The notes beneath the pieces are model-generated. The model was given only the letters and a program-made list of their open reading frames with translations, did no database searches and had not been told where the DNA came from. A stretch of DNA of 61,292 bases from Asterionella formosa (Eukaryota): the NCBI GenBank assembly GCA_002256025.1, contig NKIB01013250.1:1-61292 (forward strand). The letters are read 5' to 3'. Positions 12,449 through 24,620 of the stretch are shown piece by piece. Every line of letters begins with the position of its first letter. The first letter of the stretch is position 1. A program made the translations under genes and the position numbers.

Positions 12449-13644
12449 GGTGGAAACTATTATTACTTGATGGTTCAAGATAGCAGGATTGCAAGAAGAT
12501 GGCTGTATTGTTCGAGATGGGCAATTCCAAACACCCGGGAGGGTTGCGCATTTGTTAAATTGATTCTTGGGAATAATATTTTGGCGATTTAGCGCGAATT
12601 TTCCAGTAGCATTTGATTTGGAACGTTTTATCGATCAGTTTCTATATACAATGTATATAGCATTGAGATATCCTTTAAGTAAATGTAGTGTCCTGAACCG
12701 TGCACCACATGCAACCATGTTGGAAGATGGAAATATGTTCGTTAAGCATTGATGATACTAAGAAATTCCGGAACCTAAGTCAGCATCACTGGTTTTGAGC
12801 ATGGCGCGTTTGGCTGGCGACAAACTCCCGGCAGGAGCACCATCAAGAGAGAGTCCCCGGAAAGCTTGATTTGAGAAAATATGCCTGTACTATTGTGGAA
12901 GTAGAACGCTATGTATTCTAGATACACCAATGCATGAGCTGTACGAATACTCAGTAATACTGTACATACGTAGTCGCAGAATGACGTTTATTACCGGTAA
13001 CACACCAGTGCAACGACATAGCAAAGTATCGTATTATTACTGGTAAAACTCAACCCAATTTGTATTTTTCTGTAGTAGACCCCTGGTATTGTCCAACTCG
13101 GGACATCATGGTGCCAGTTATAAATGGCTTTGAGCCACGTTATGATATCGTTTTCCGACTAATTCTAGAATTATGCTAAAATCGGTCCCCTCTTTCGTCC
13201 TTTGGCACGATATTAGTTACCGGTAGTTCATTAAGCTACATGAGAATTAAATAATTTTTTTTATTTGAACACATATTTACTGACGAGATCTATCCACATT
13301 AAAAGTGACAAAAACGGCCGAAGTGGCTCAAAGCCATAGATGAAAAGATTTATCATACATGAAGGTTTTTTAATGGACGACAGTCAGAAAATATTATATC
13401 GTTTGCATGTTTTTTTCGCAGCCAGAAGCTGTTGGTTCCCACAAAGACTCCTCACATTTTTTCGCTGCAGTTGTTGCATCGCTCATTCTTAGACTCCCAT
13501 CGTATCTTGTCATGTAGGGTGAGGAAGTGGTGCCATTGCAGTTGCAACTGGTACTGCAGCATCACCACACATCATAGTGTCGTGGTATCTGGTAAGTAGA
13601 AGTTGCTTCATTGTTGGGAATGGAAGATTGCCTGCTTGCTTGTA

Positions 13645-14032
13645 TGTAAGATGTGTGATAGGTTTCCGGGTTATGATTTGAATTCGATTTGTAACTTGCC
13701 GCTGATTGACGTTCTTGGTGTTCGTTATGGACATTTGAGGTTCATCTGTGGGTCTCCTTCAGGGTGTTCTGATGGCGATTGGACTATTGTCTGTAATGGG
13801 CCTTTTGTGCGATGTATGTAATCATCATTCCTGCATGTCTGAAGGCTTATGGGTCTTCGTTTTTCGCCGTTGTATTGGCGAGCATTTGCCTGGCTTGGGT
13901 TATTCTAGATAAGGCAAAATACTTGTTACAATCATATACCGGTAATTAAAATTAGACTTATTCACCTGTGTCTACTGTCTTACTGAATATAGCAAACTAC
14001 GTTTATTTACGAATATTCGTCGGTTTCCCTCA
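13645..14032 (+). repeat. 5' LTR
   Basis: TG...CA, 388 bp; 9 mismatches to the 3' LTR by manual alignment. Confidence 0.96.
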
Positions 14033-14046
14033 CGCTTCCCCTGCGC
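14033..14046 (+). promoter_or_regulatory. Putative non-canonical primer-binding site
   Basis: CGCTTCCCCTGCGC immediately follows the 5' LTR and is the reverse complement of GCGCAGNGGAAGCG, the D-arm of eukaryotic tRNA-iMet. Confidence 0.65.
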
Positions 14047-14124
14047 AAAACGACAATTGTCATAAGAAGACTTCCGTCTAACATTCTCCATCGATCCAAT
14101 CGACTTCGTGGACTTGATCCCAAC

Positions 14125-15403
14125 ATGGCTCAAGCAATCAATGCCCCCGCGGTTTTTGTTTTCGCCCTTACACCTGCTCTTGCAAACCCAGACCCTGTCG
14201 ATTACAACACCAGTGAGGGAATGAAACTCTACAAGTCTGCCATGGAGAAACTTCATCAAACCTTCGATGGTGAGACAGGCAGTCTCCGCCTCTTCCTTCA
14301 AGCCTTGCAGCAGAGAGCGGATGCATTCGGATGGGAGTCCATCCTCACTGTTCCAGATGACCAGAACATTGGACGCAACTTGATTACAGAGTATGGTCGT
14401 GTATCCATGGCAAATGTAATTGCTCACGCAACCACCCATGTGCATACTCAGACGCGTGACGCACAGAACAGCGCCCAGCTGTTCACGTGCATCTATGACT
14501 CTTTGTCCCTTGATGCATTCTTGCTCAAGGTGTCTACGGACTCATCTACATATCGACTTGCATCTCCCAACGCCCCTACATATGTGGTTGCCAGCGGAGC
14601 CGCCTTCCTCAAGCTACTCATCACAAGAAGGTGTACGGTTGATACCCGATCTACTGTCGCAACTATTCGCCGCACTCTAAGTGCGCTTAACCAGTACATC
14701 TTGTCCGTAAATTGCGACATTGAAAAATTCAACCTACATGTGCGCGTATAGCGCGATGCCTTGTTGTCTCGTGGTGAAATGTCGTCTGACCTCTTGACCA
14801 ATCTATTTACGGCATATGAGGCCGTGGAAGACAAGTTTTTCCATGACTATATGGTTGGACAGCAGGACCAGTATCATGATGGGCGAGTGGATTTTGATGC
14901 TGACTCCCTAATTGACCTTGCACTCAATAAATTTAAGATGCTTGTGGCTGGAATCTAAGAGGTGGAATCTACCTTCTGCTCAGGATGTCAGATTGGAGGC
15001 TCAAATCGTTGCACTCACGGCCAAATTGGAATATTTCAAGGCCAACCGAAATGTCACTCCTAACAGCAAGAAAGAAAAGGAGAAAGCTAGAAAGGCTAAG
15101 CTCGCCAAGAAATGGGCCTGGAAATTGGTTCCCCCTAAGGAAAATGACCCCAAAACGAAGACTGTGGACACCAAGGAATATCATTGGTGTCTCCACCATG
15201 CTTCATGGACAATGCATACAGCAAAGGAGTGTAATCTAAATTCCAATGCAACACCTGCAACCAATAAACCAGTGAAGAAACCCGTCAAGGACAAAACGGC
15301 TGATGCGATTACCCTCTCCAACGCTTTGGCCAGTATCATGGAGACGCAGAATGATGATGACGATTCGAACCAGGGGGAGGACGATGTTTCAGTCACGGGC
15401 TAG
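14125..15403 (+). pseudogene. gag with C-H-H-C zinc knuckle
   Basis: ATG at 14125; premature TAG at 14749; frameshift near 14955; YHWCLHHASWTMHTAKEC knuckle; terminal TAG at 15401-15403. Confidence 0.85.
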
Positions 15404-15865
15404 GAAATGGGCCGGAGAATGATGACCATTTTAAGTAACTTATTTAGCTATGGGTTATATCAATTCATTCTCTGTGGGCCGGTTTTTGTGACTCTCATGT
15501 CGGATTACCTTTCTATGTCATCGGAAGCATGCCTATGGTGCATATGGTTTCTTGTGATCTTTGTTAGCACCCCCTTTATGCGCTCTGCATCATATAGTCA
15601 GTACATACCAAAGCGAAAACGTTCCAATATTCCTCTATATGCTTGCGCTGGGTTATAATATGGTATAGGCATTTGCAAAGCCATGCTACGAAATTGCAAA
15701 GCCATGCTACGAAAGATGGAATTCTCTCTGGCCCGATCATCAAAACGATGCCAACCTTGCCATGGGCAATCATGGGTTTTTGTGTGGGCGAAAAATGGAA
15801 GGTCCCTCATAAAATGCGCCCAACCATGATGCGGGCCTACATAGCAACGTCACACCCTGCCTCCT

Positions 15866-18800
15866 ATGGGATACAGTATGTCTACCACCTATCAAGGTTG
15901 CTCAGTCACACCACGACCTTTTGACTCTGACAGTTATCTACTAATGATTGACAATTGCTGTTCTAAAGGCGTCACCAATTGTCGCACCGACTTTGTAGGT
16001 ACCCCTACTCCAGTAAGAGCCCAAATAAGTGGTGTGGGAGGCCCCATACCGGTTCTACTGAAGGGAATGGTTAAGTGGAAGATAGAAGATGATACGGGAC
16101 GTGTTCACATTTTTCGTATTCCTGGGACATTTTATGCGCCCAAGGCCCCATTTAGGATGTTATCACCCCAACACTGGAGCAAAGAAATTAACCGTGGTCG
16201 GATTGGAACTAAGGGAGCATGGTGCACTACCTATGAAGATAGGGTGACCCTGTGCTGGGAAAATAATCGCTACGTTCGAAATGTCAAGCTGGATCCAGCT
16301 AAAAATGTAGCTACGTTGCTAACTGCCCCAGGGACTAACCGATATCAAATATATGAGGCGATACTCAAAACGCAAGCAGAGTTCAAAACAGAGCTTAGGT
16401 GTTTTAAACTAAACACTGTTCCTGACAATAAGTGCATCTGGTCTGATGGTCAGGCAACGGAGCAAGACTCAACACTCCCTTATGACTTTGATGAAAATGC
16501 GGAACTCATGTGGAAAGACCAAAAGCCCAGAGCAGTTCCTAAGTTTCCGATGTCCACGGCTGAGAAACAGCAGAGAAGTCTCGCAACTACTACTGACCAG
16601 CCCGGATTCGATCTTTTCCATGATACCGATGCCCGGCCCATCGAGATTGAAGAACAGGATGCCATGACTTCTATTGCCCAACTTTTGCGAGTCCATTACC
16701 AGCTGGGACATCTTCCTTTCAAGCAGATTCGCTGCATGGCGGGAACTGGTTTTGTGCCGAAGAGCCTCCTTCAGGGACGAATCCCAAAATGCGCTGCTTG
16801 CATGTATGGCAAGGCCACTCGCAGAGCGTGGCGATCCAAGGCCCTACCGGGCAAAGTGGGAGGAGACCGGCCCGCATTCCCCGGAAAATGCGTGTCAGTC
16901 GATCAAATGCAGTCGCCCGCACCCGGCCTTATTGCGCAACTGAAGGGAGTTCCGACTACTCAAAGGTATACTGCGGCGACGAGTTTTGTGGATCACTTCA
17001 GCAGTTTGTCATATGTCCACCTGCAGAGGTCCCTGACATCGGACGATACGGTCCGAGCGAAGAGGGCGTTCGAGCGCTATTGCGCATCGCATGGTGTGAG
17101 GGTATTGCACTATCATGCCGACAATGGCCGATTTGCGGATACCCTCTTCCTTCGCGACATTGATGAGCAACGACAGGAGATTTCGTATTGTGGGGTGAAT
17201 GCCCACTTCCAAAATGGAGTGGCGGAGAAGAGAATCCGTGATCTGCAAGATATGACTTGTACTGCCCTCCTACATGCCTCGGCGAGGTGGCCAAGCGCCA
17301 TGTCAAATTGTCTGTGGCCATATGCGCTGCATATGGCCAATGACGCCCTGATCAGCTCCCCAAGGCGTTTGGATGGGCGATCTGCTGTGAGTGTATTCTC
17401 ACTTGCCGACGTGTCCCCAAAACTCAGTACATTTCACCCATTCGGATGCCCCGTATATGCGCTATCAAACGAGCTGGCCGCGGGGCAAGGCTTGCCTAAG
17501 TGGGACAAGTGGGCACTCGTTGGCATCTATCTTGGGCAGTCTCCCAAGCATGCACGTTTGGTTGCTCTCGTACTGAATATCAAAATGGGTTTGGTGTCAC
17601 CGCAATTTCACATTGTGTTCGACGACATGTTTGAGACAGTGGGTGAAAAGGGGATTCTTATGAGCTTGGCTGGCTGATGGCTACTCCCTTTTCAGCCAAA
17701 ACTAGCTGGCGCCCTGCCGCGCCTTCGCCCGACAGGAACATCCAGCACACGACCACCACAGCCAGCAATATCCCGATCCAACAGCCGATGACTGTGGTAT
17801 CCACGAACCCAGGTGCATCCCCTCTTGCAGAAGATATATCACTCGATGTTCTCCAGGAGTTGTCCGAGCCAGTTGTGCCTGACCTGCGGGACACAAGGCA
17901 ACTGCCTGAGAGTAATCGCGACTCCGTGGGTTTGGTTTGGTGGTCTCAGCAACACAAGCCCTCCAGAAGGCTTCAAGAAAGCATGGAACAGGGTTTCCTC
18001 TGCAAGTCTTCAGTACTGGAGGATATTGAAGGGGACGAGGAATATCACATACAACTGATAATGGATGATCCTATCGCTTTTGTGGCCAAGACGTCCAATC
18101 CTGATACGTTGCGAGCCGACCAGGCCCTGCAGGAACCCGATCGAAAACAGTTTATTGAGGCTATGGAGGCCGAGGTGATGGCTCACCACAACAATCATCA
18201 CTGGAAGGTGGTGCCTAAGTCTGCGGTTCCCTATGGGAGCAAGATACTACCATGTGTGTGGGCTATGAAGCACAAATGTCACATAGCCTCAAGGGAGGTT
18301 TATAAATGGAAGGCTAGGCTAAACTTACATGGTGGTAAGCAGGAATATGGCGAGAACTATTGGGAAACTTATGCGGCAACCCTGTCGTGGCCACCCATCC
18401 GCTTTATGCTGATCTTGTCCCTCATGCATGGGTGGAGTACACGCCAGATAGACTTTACACTTGCTTATCCACAACCAGATGTGGAATGTGATTTGTACAT
18501 GGAAATTCCTCATGGTTTCAATATGCCTGAGGGGGGTAGATCTGATCATTGTTTGAAGATATTAAAAAACATTTATGGACAAAAACAGGCTGGGCGAACA
18601 TGGTCTAAGCACTTGACAAAACAAGGCTTATTGTCTATTGGATTTGTTCAAAGTGAGGCTGATGAATGCATCTACTATAGGGGTATGACTGTATTTATGG
18701 TATATGTGGATGACGGTATCTTCATAAGTCCGGATGCCTGCCTAATCGATGAGTGTATTGAACTTATGCAGGCTATTTTTAACTTGACGGATGAAGGGGA

Positions 18801-19704
18801 CATTTCGGACTACCTGGGGATCAAGGTATCCAGATCTGAGGATGCTACTACTATCTCCTTGACTCAACCCCATCTCATTGCTTCTATAGCCAATGATATT
18901 GTCTTTACCAACAAGACCAAATCTAAGGGAGTTCCGGCATCACTCTCCGTTATTTTGCAGCGGGATCTCACAGGGGAAGATTTTGCTGAACACTGGTCAT
19001 ATCGATCCATCATTGGAAAGCTCAATTTTCTGGAGAAATCCACTCGTCCTGACATAGCATACGCTGTGCACCAATGCGCCCGTTTTTCGGCTAATCCAAA
19101 GGCATCCCATGCTGCAGCGGTCCGTAACATTGTTCGCTACTTGATAGAGACGCCTGAGCAAGGAATCGTGCTGCAGCCCAATGAGCACTCTTTTGTGGTG
19201 TGGGCAGATGCTGATTTTTGCGGAAATTGGAAAAGAGACACGAGTGTGAGTGATACGATGACAGCCAAGTCTCAATCCGGATATGCGATTACTTATGCAT
19301 CCTGTCCGGTGTTATGGGCATCAAAGTTGCAGACCGAGGTGGCGCTGTCCACCACTGAGGCGGAGTATGTGTGCCTCAGCCAATCTCTACGGGACACCAT
19401 TCCGCTTATGAATTTGCTGGCTGAGGTCAGGGACAAGCTTGATAAATATGTGATATCGTTTCCAGCTGTCCGCTGCACCTTGTTTGAGGATAATTCCGGG
19501 GCATTGGAGTTAGCCCGCACTCCCAAGATGCGCCCCTGCACCAAACACATCAACATTAAATACCATCACTTTCGTGATCATGTGCGGCGCAAACTCATCA
19601 GCATTGAGCACGTTGCAACTGAAGACCAGGTGGCTGATATTTTTACCAAGCCACTCTCTGTGGTGGCATTCTTGCGTCATCGCAAGTCATTGCAATGCTG
19701 GTGA
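15866..19704 (+). pseudogene. pol: protease-integrase-RT-RNase H
   Basis: LMIDNCCS protease, HYQLGH...CAAC zinc finger, SVDQ/HADNG/GVAEKR integrase, KARL...YVDD RT, WADAD/EDN/ADIFTKPL RNase H; frameshift at ~17677. Confidence 0.95.
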
Positions 19705-19743
19705 TCTGTGAATCTGTGAAAGTTGTCTGCTCGAATAAGGGAG

Positions 19744-20131
19744 TGTGAGATGTGTGATGGGTTTCCGGGTTATGATTTGAATTCGATTTGTAACTTGCCA
19801 CCGATTTACGTTCTTGGTGTTCATTATGGACATTTGAGGTTCATCTGTGGGTCTCCTTCAGGGTGTTCTGATGGCGATTGGACTATTGTCTGTAATGGGC
19901 CTTTTGTGCGATGTATGTAATCATCATTCCTGCATGTCTGAAGGCTTATGGGTCTTCGTTTTTCGCCGTTGTATTGGCGAGCATTTGCCTGGCTTGGGTT
20001 ATTCTAGATAAGGCAAAATACTTGTTACAATCATATACCGGTAATTAAAATTAGACTTATTCACCTGTGTCTACTGTCTTACTGAATATAGCAAACTACG
20101 TTTATTTGCGGATATTTGTCGGTTTCCCTCA
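19744..20131 (+). repeat. 3' LTR
   Basis: Direct repeat of 13645-14032, preceded by the PPT and followed by the TSD. Confidence 0.96.
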
Positions 20132-20755
20132 TTGTAATGCTTTGTTGTTGGTAATGGAAGATTGCCTGCTTGCTTGTAACATATTGCCATTGTTTTCGTT
20201 TGCGCCACTGTCCACTCTGTTGACTGTTTGTTTAGAGTTCTGATTGTATCAACCTTGTTTGCAAGCGCTGTGTGTGAATCTATTTTCTTATACTCTTGCT
20301 CACTCTGCACTTCTTCCGCACGCCTCTTCCTTTTCAGCTCTTCATCAACCACTTCAAAAGTTGAAGTACCTGCCTGCAGCGACATGAAGACCGGCTGTGT
20401 ATTGTCTATTGCTTGCAATGGCCCTTCGTGCTGTTTCTTTTCATTGGTCCGCATGATTGCGATACTGTACTAACCTGATCAACAAGGGTTCCAGTGATGC
20501 CTTGGCTCAAGTTTAGTCTGGATAGGGGAATGGAAGAGACTGGTTGATTATTGTTTGCTTCTGTTTGCAGATTCGGGGTTTTTCAGTTGAATTTCTGGAT
20601 GGAACAAGAAGTTGTAGTTCAATGAAACCCAACCTCATTCAGCAACAGCTTTTTGGTTTGTAGCGAAATTGGCAAAGTATTCATCCCATGATTTCGACAC
20701 CAGATCAACAATGCATATCATCCTTTCCAACAGCAAATTCAGCATGGCGCCTTTT

Positions 20756-20882
20756 CTTTGGGGTGAGTAAGTCTCTCTTGCATTTCGTGAGTTGGATGTA
20801 TAAACTTGGATTTGTTGTCTTTGGGGTGAGTAAGTCTCTCTTGCATTTCGTGAGTTGGATGTATAAACTTGGATTTGTTGTC
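20756..20882 (+). repeat. 63-bp perfect tandem duplication
   Basis: TTTGGGGTGAGTAAG...GGATTTGTTGTC occurs twice; single copy in the paralogous element near 48900-48970. Confidence 0.92.
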
Positions 20883-22212
20883 AGGGGTAAAAATTGATGG
20901 GGTATGTCCTGCCAACGACTGTGAATAATTTAGTGTCATAGTTAAAGGTAATTGTACTAGTGAAAGAGTTGCATTTTCCGCCTGATTTAGCTTCTGCAAA
21001 TGGTACTGGATCATAGGTTTTGTTAGCCAAGCCAGCAGTGTAGCCGCCTTAGATGAAACAATATTCAAGACTGCACCCTATGGCTGGTAGTTTGCCATTG
21101 CTATTTTCCTTGTTTAAAGTTCCTAATTCCATAACTATATTATTTTAAATAAGTGACATGACCGTCTTATCCAAAGTATTAGGTACCACCTTGTCATTTT
21201 TGGATGATTGTGGCTGTTTTCTTGTTGTAAGTTTCAATGTTGTTAAGGAGATGATTGCGATTTGCTTCATTTTGTGGTATGTCGGAAGCAATTTCTGCTG
21301 TGAATTAAGGTCTCTGACATTAAATATATGGCTCGATTTTTCGGCCTTGCAGAAATATTGCATTCATTTACCAAGAGTGACTAATTGATTGATTTATTGC
21401 TATAGTGCATTTTCAATGGCGGTTAAACGTAACTAAATATATATTGGATATTAATTTTTTCCCATAAATTTATATGTGTATTTCCGGGCGATGCCGGCTC
21501 AATGGTATAATATTGTTTTTGCCACTTTCGGGCCGATCGCTACTTTCCGACACATTCATCTGATTATCTAAAGTACAAACCTTATCCGACAACTAGATAT
21601 GTTGTATCCGGCGCAACATCTGGAACAACTTTGTCATACTAAAAAAGTGATAACTGGAAAATTAGAAAAAATCTATGTATACACAGTGAATATTATATCG
21701 TTAAGTGACTCAAAGCCATTCGAAGTGGCTCAAAGCCATTTTTAACTGGTACCTGTTTCTCCCAATCCTGCAACCTTGACACTACCGGTACATAGTCCTT
21801 CATAACAATATATCGACAATATTTTGCTATGGTAAAATATGTACTGGTGACCAAGGATTTCAACCCGGTTGCGCCGCTGGGGGTTGAAATTCTCTTTTCA
21901 TGCTTTTGGTTGAAATTTCAACTCAGATTAGTCGCATATTATTCTATTCTCGACATGCAACAGTGTCAAGATTTAGTACTGCGTGCACTTCGAACTAATG
22001 AATCTTGAATTATATTCCAGCCAAAATCCTGTATTGAACTGCTGTGAGAATTTGAACAGCATTAATTGCCAAGAACTATATAAGCAAACCAAGGTAAATA
22101 TTCGAATTGGGAATGTTCTAAGTAATCAATATTTCAATGAAGGAAAGGTATATATGCAATGCAGATAGAATTGAAAATTCACAATTGTTCTACTAAGTGA
22201 GTGGAGTTGAGT

Positions 22213-23185
22213 TGTCAGTTGAGAAATGAATGTCTAGCAACACAATGAATATCTATAAACAAATTTGAGAAGAGAACCTTAATAATTGGTCATGTGATTG
22301 ATTACAAGATAGATCAAATAAGCTCACAATAAGGTGGGACTAGAACAGAAGCCTTAATACACTGAGCTTGCCTAGAAAAAGCTAGCATTGTAGTCAGACT
22401 GGAGAAGAATTTAACATGATTGAAAGCGGATCAACTTCGTTATGCAACATGACTGAAGACAAAGGTGAGACCAGCCATTCTCCTTGTGAAGTTTGATGGC
22501 AAAGACGCCAATTGACATGAGTGGAGTGTGAAGACACTTGCACTAGCCAAGACAAGAGGATTCAAGAATGCCTACATGAAGGATACTACTACCAATCCAT
22601 GCAGCGATGCTGTCTACGAAACTACAGACAAAGACGATGTCAAGAAGATCTACAAGATGAACAATCGCGCATACAAGTTCCTGGCTATGAGTTGCATAGC
22701 CTGGTATTGCGTTCGGTTTGGTTAACCAAGCCAAGACAAAGAATCATCAAGACGGCGATGCATTCCTGGCGCCTTGCTTGGACCTAACTCAAGGCTCGCT
22801 ATGTTCCTAATGCTACAAGTGACTTAATCCAACTGTCAGGACAGTTCAACAAGTGCATCTGTGAGGGGAAGACGCAAGACCCAGATGAGTGGTTCATCCA
22901 ACTCGAGTTGTTGAGGAATCGAATTGCGATGATTGATTCTGCTTATGAAAAGAAGGATCTCGAGATGATTGCCCACATACTTGACAGACTACCTAAGGAG
23001 TACTCCGAAGTGGTAACAATGGTTGATGCCATGTCCTCCCTAACTCTAGAAGAGGACCTTAAGGCCAAGATACGCACGTTCTTCAAACACAAGTTCAAGA
23101 ACAAGAAGTCGGATGGCGAACTTGCCCTTGCTGTCTTTGGAACTAAGTTCAAAGGACTCTGCCACTCTTGCGGCAAGCAAGGATC
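22213..23185 (+). mobile_element. Truncated copia: putative 5' LTR (~22213-22416) plus degenerate gag
   Basis: KFDGK...WSVKTLALAKTRGF, DPDEWFIQLE, ILDRLPKEYSEVV and a broken CHSCGKQG CCHC knuckle. LTR limits are guessed from TG...CA only. Confidence 0.72.
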
Positions 23186-24620
23186 ATTGTTGTTGACTTT
23201 CAGCTAGTAGATCAAAAGCAATGAAAGCAAACAACAATGAGGGGGGCTCTTTACAATTAAAGCAACGATGATGCCACAAATCTATTTTGTGCAAATATTA
23301 AATATATCATTATCGCATATTTTATGAAACTTTATTCCACTATTTCGAGCACCTCGTCATCAGGCCACTCTCCGGGGTATTGTTAACATCTACTAGCTAA
23401 TACATATATTCATATGGGTAGAACACAATACATGTATATATAAAATCATGCATTTCCTGTCAGCTAACATGAATCCTATGATGGTACAAAATTAAATGCT
23501 GTTTATATTTATATTTGGGGAGAAAAGTCTCCCCAAAAAGCTAGCTACTATTGACAGGGCTGCAGAAAATATACATGTTACAAGCTAGTGGGGAATAACG
23601 TCAGCATGGTAAAAGGGGAGAATTTCTCTCCAAAAATGAAGTTATGTCTCATACATTCTCCCCGTTTTCCCATGCTTCCTGCGCTCTAGCTAGGACTGAC
23701 TTGACATGACACTTGAAGCTTCCTTCTTGGCAACACTCAAGCTCCCAGCCTTACCACACTGTGATCTTTACCTTGACGCTTAGACACAAGGCAACTGTGA
23801 TTTCAAGTCATAACTTACAGCCACTCCTGACAGAGATTCAAAAATTAAAAAATGTTGCTTGGCGTAATTTTTTGTATCGCACTCATCCAGGTGATCTGTT
23901 GCACATTTGTTGTTGTTCCAAAATGTGTATCTGTGTGTATTGCTGCAGATACAGTATTACACAACACTAATCTTATAAATTTAATATATGTCATGTAATT
24001 AAAAAATCAACAAAGACAACATTTTCATCCCCAATGAAATAATATTTGGGGGGATGGATCAAAAGCAATTTTTATTGCTACTCATGTACATAATTATGCT
24101 TTTCATCAATATTGCTACATTAATGAGCTGCAAAACAGCTTACTCTTTTGCCAGTTACTGAGATATGTCTGTGAAATATTTCTCTGTAAAGATTTGTTCT
24201 TTCTGTTAAGGTACAAAAATATTTAATTGTATCTCTGTTAAGATCCCCCTTAGTCTCAAGTATTTTAGCTCTGGCAAGCTGAAATGCATAATATACACTG
24301 GTATTTTGATATTTAGCACAAGAAAACCACATTGAAATACCACCAAGCTTAAGAATAAATATTGTCAGATACAAATTGAAAAAGTAGACCATTATTTCTC
24401 TTGCTCACTTCATTTACTGCATTGCAAATTAAGGTGGACATCTTCATCAACCCTCCATATCAACTGCCAACATGACCAGTAAACCCAAACTTCTACATAA
24501 TTTCACCAGGATGGGTTGTATCCATTGTTGTTTTTCACAGATTTTGACTGCTGCATTTCAATGCTTGTAATGCTTTAGATTTGCAGTATTTAGATAGCAA
24601 CCAGAATGTTCACATATGGA

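Larger units (their letters stand above)
13645..20131 (+). mobile_element. Full-length Ty1/copia (CoDi-like) LTR retrotransposon, inactivated
   Basis: 388-bp TG...CA LTRs at 13645-14032 and 19744-20131; 5-bp TSD TTGTA (13640-13644 / 20132-20136); PPT AATAAGGGAG before the 3' LTR; gag and pol inside. Confidence 0.97.
13114..21749 (-). mobile_element. Internally deleted pogo-like transposon (family 2), interrupted by a copia insertion
   Basis: TIR CCAGTTATAAATGGCTTTGAGCCAC at 13114 with its inverse ending at 21749, followed by TA. Minus-strand remnants (KVDTIR...WTVAQTKTMAICYKQAG..LP) resemble the C-terminus of the 4346-6997 transposase; the DDE core is absent. Confidence 0.85.

Noticed and set aside
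8433..12470. Many plus-strand ORFs opposite the 1553-aa gene (likewise opposite APEH, RPN7 and pol)
   Set aside because: Antisense shadows of real coding sequence.
14038..14048. CCCCTGCGCAA match to U6 snRNA
   Set aside because: Only 11 nt, in sense orientation so it cannot act as a primer site, and no other U6 sequence is present; the tRNA-iMet complement is longer.
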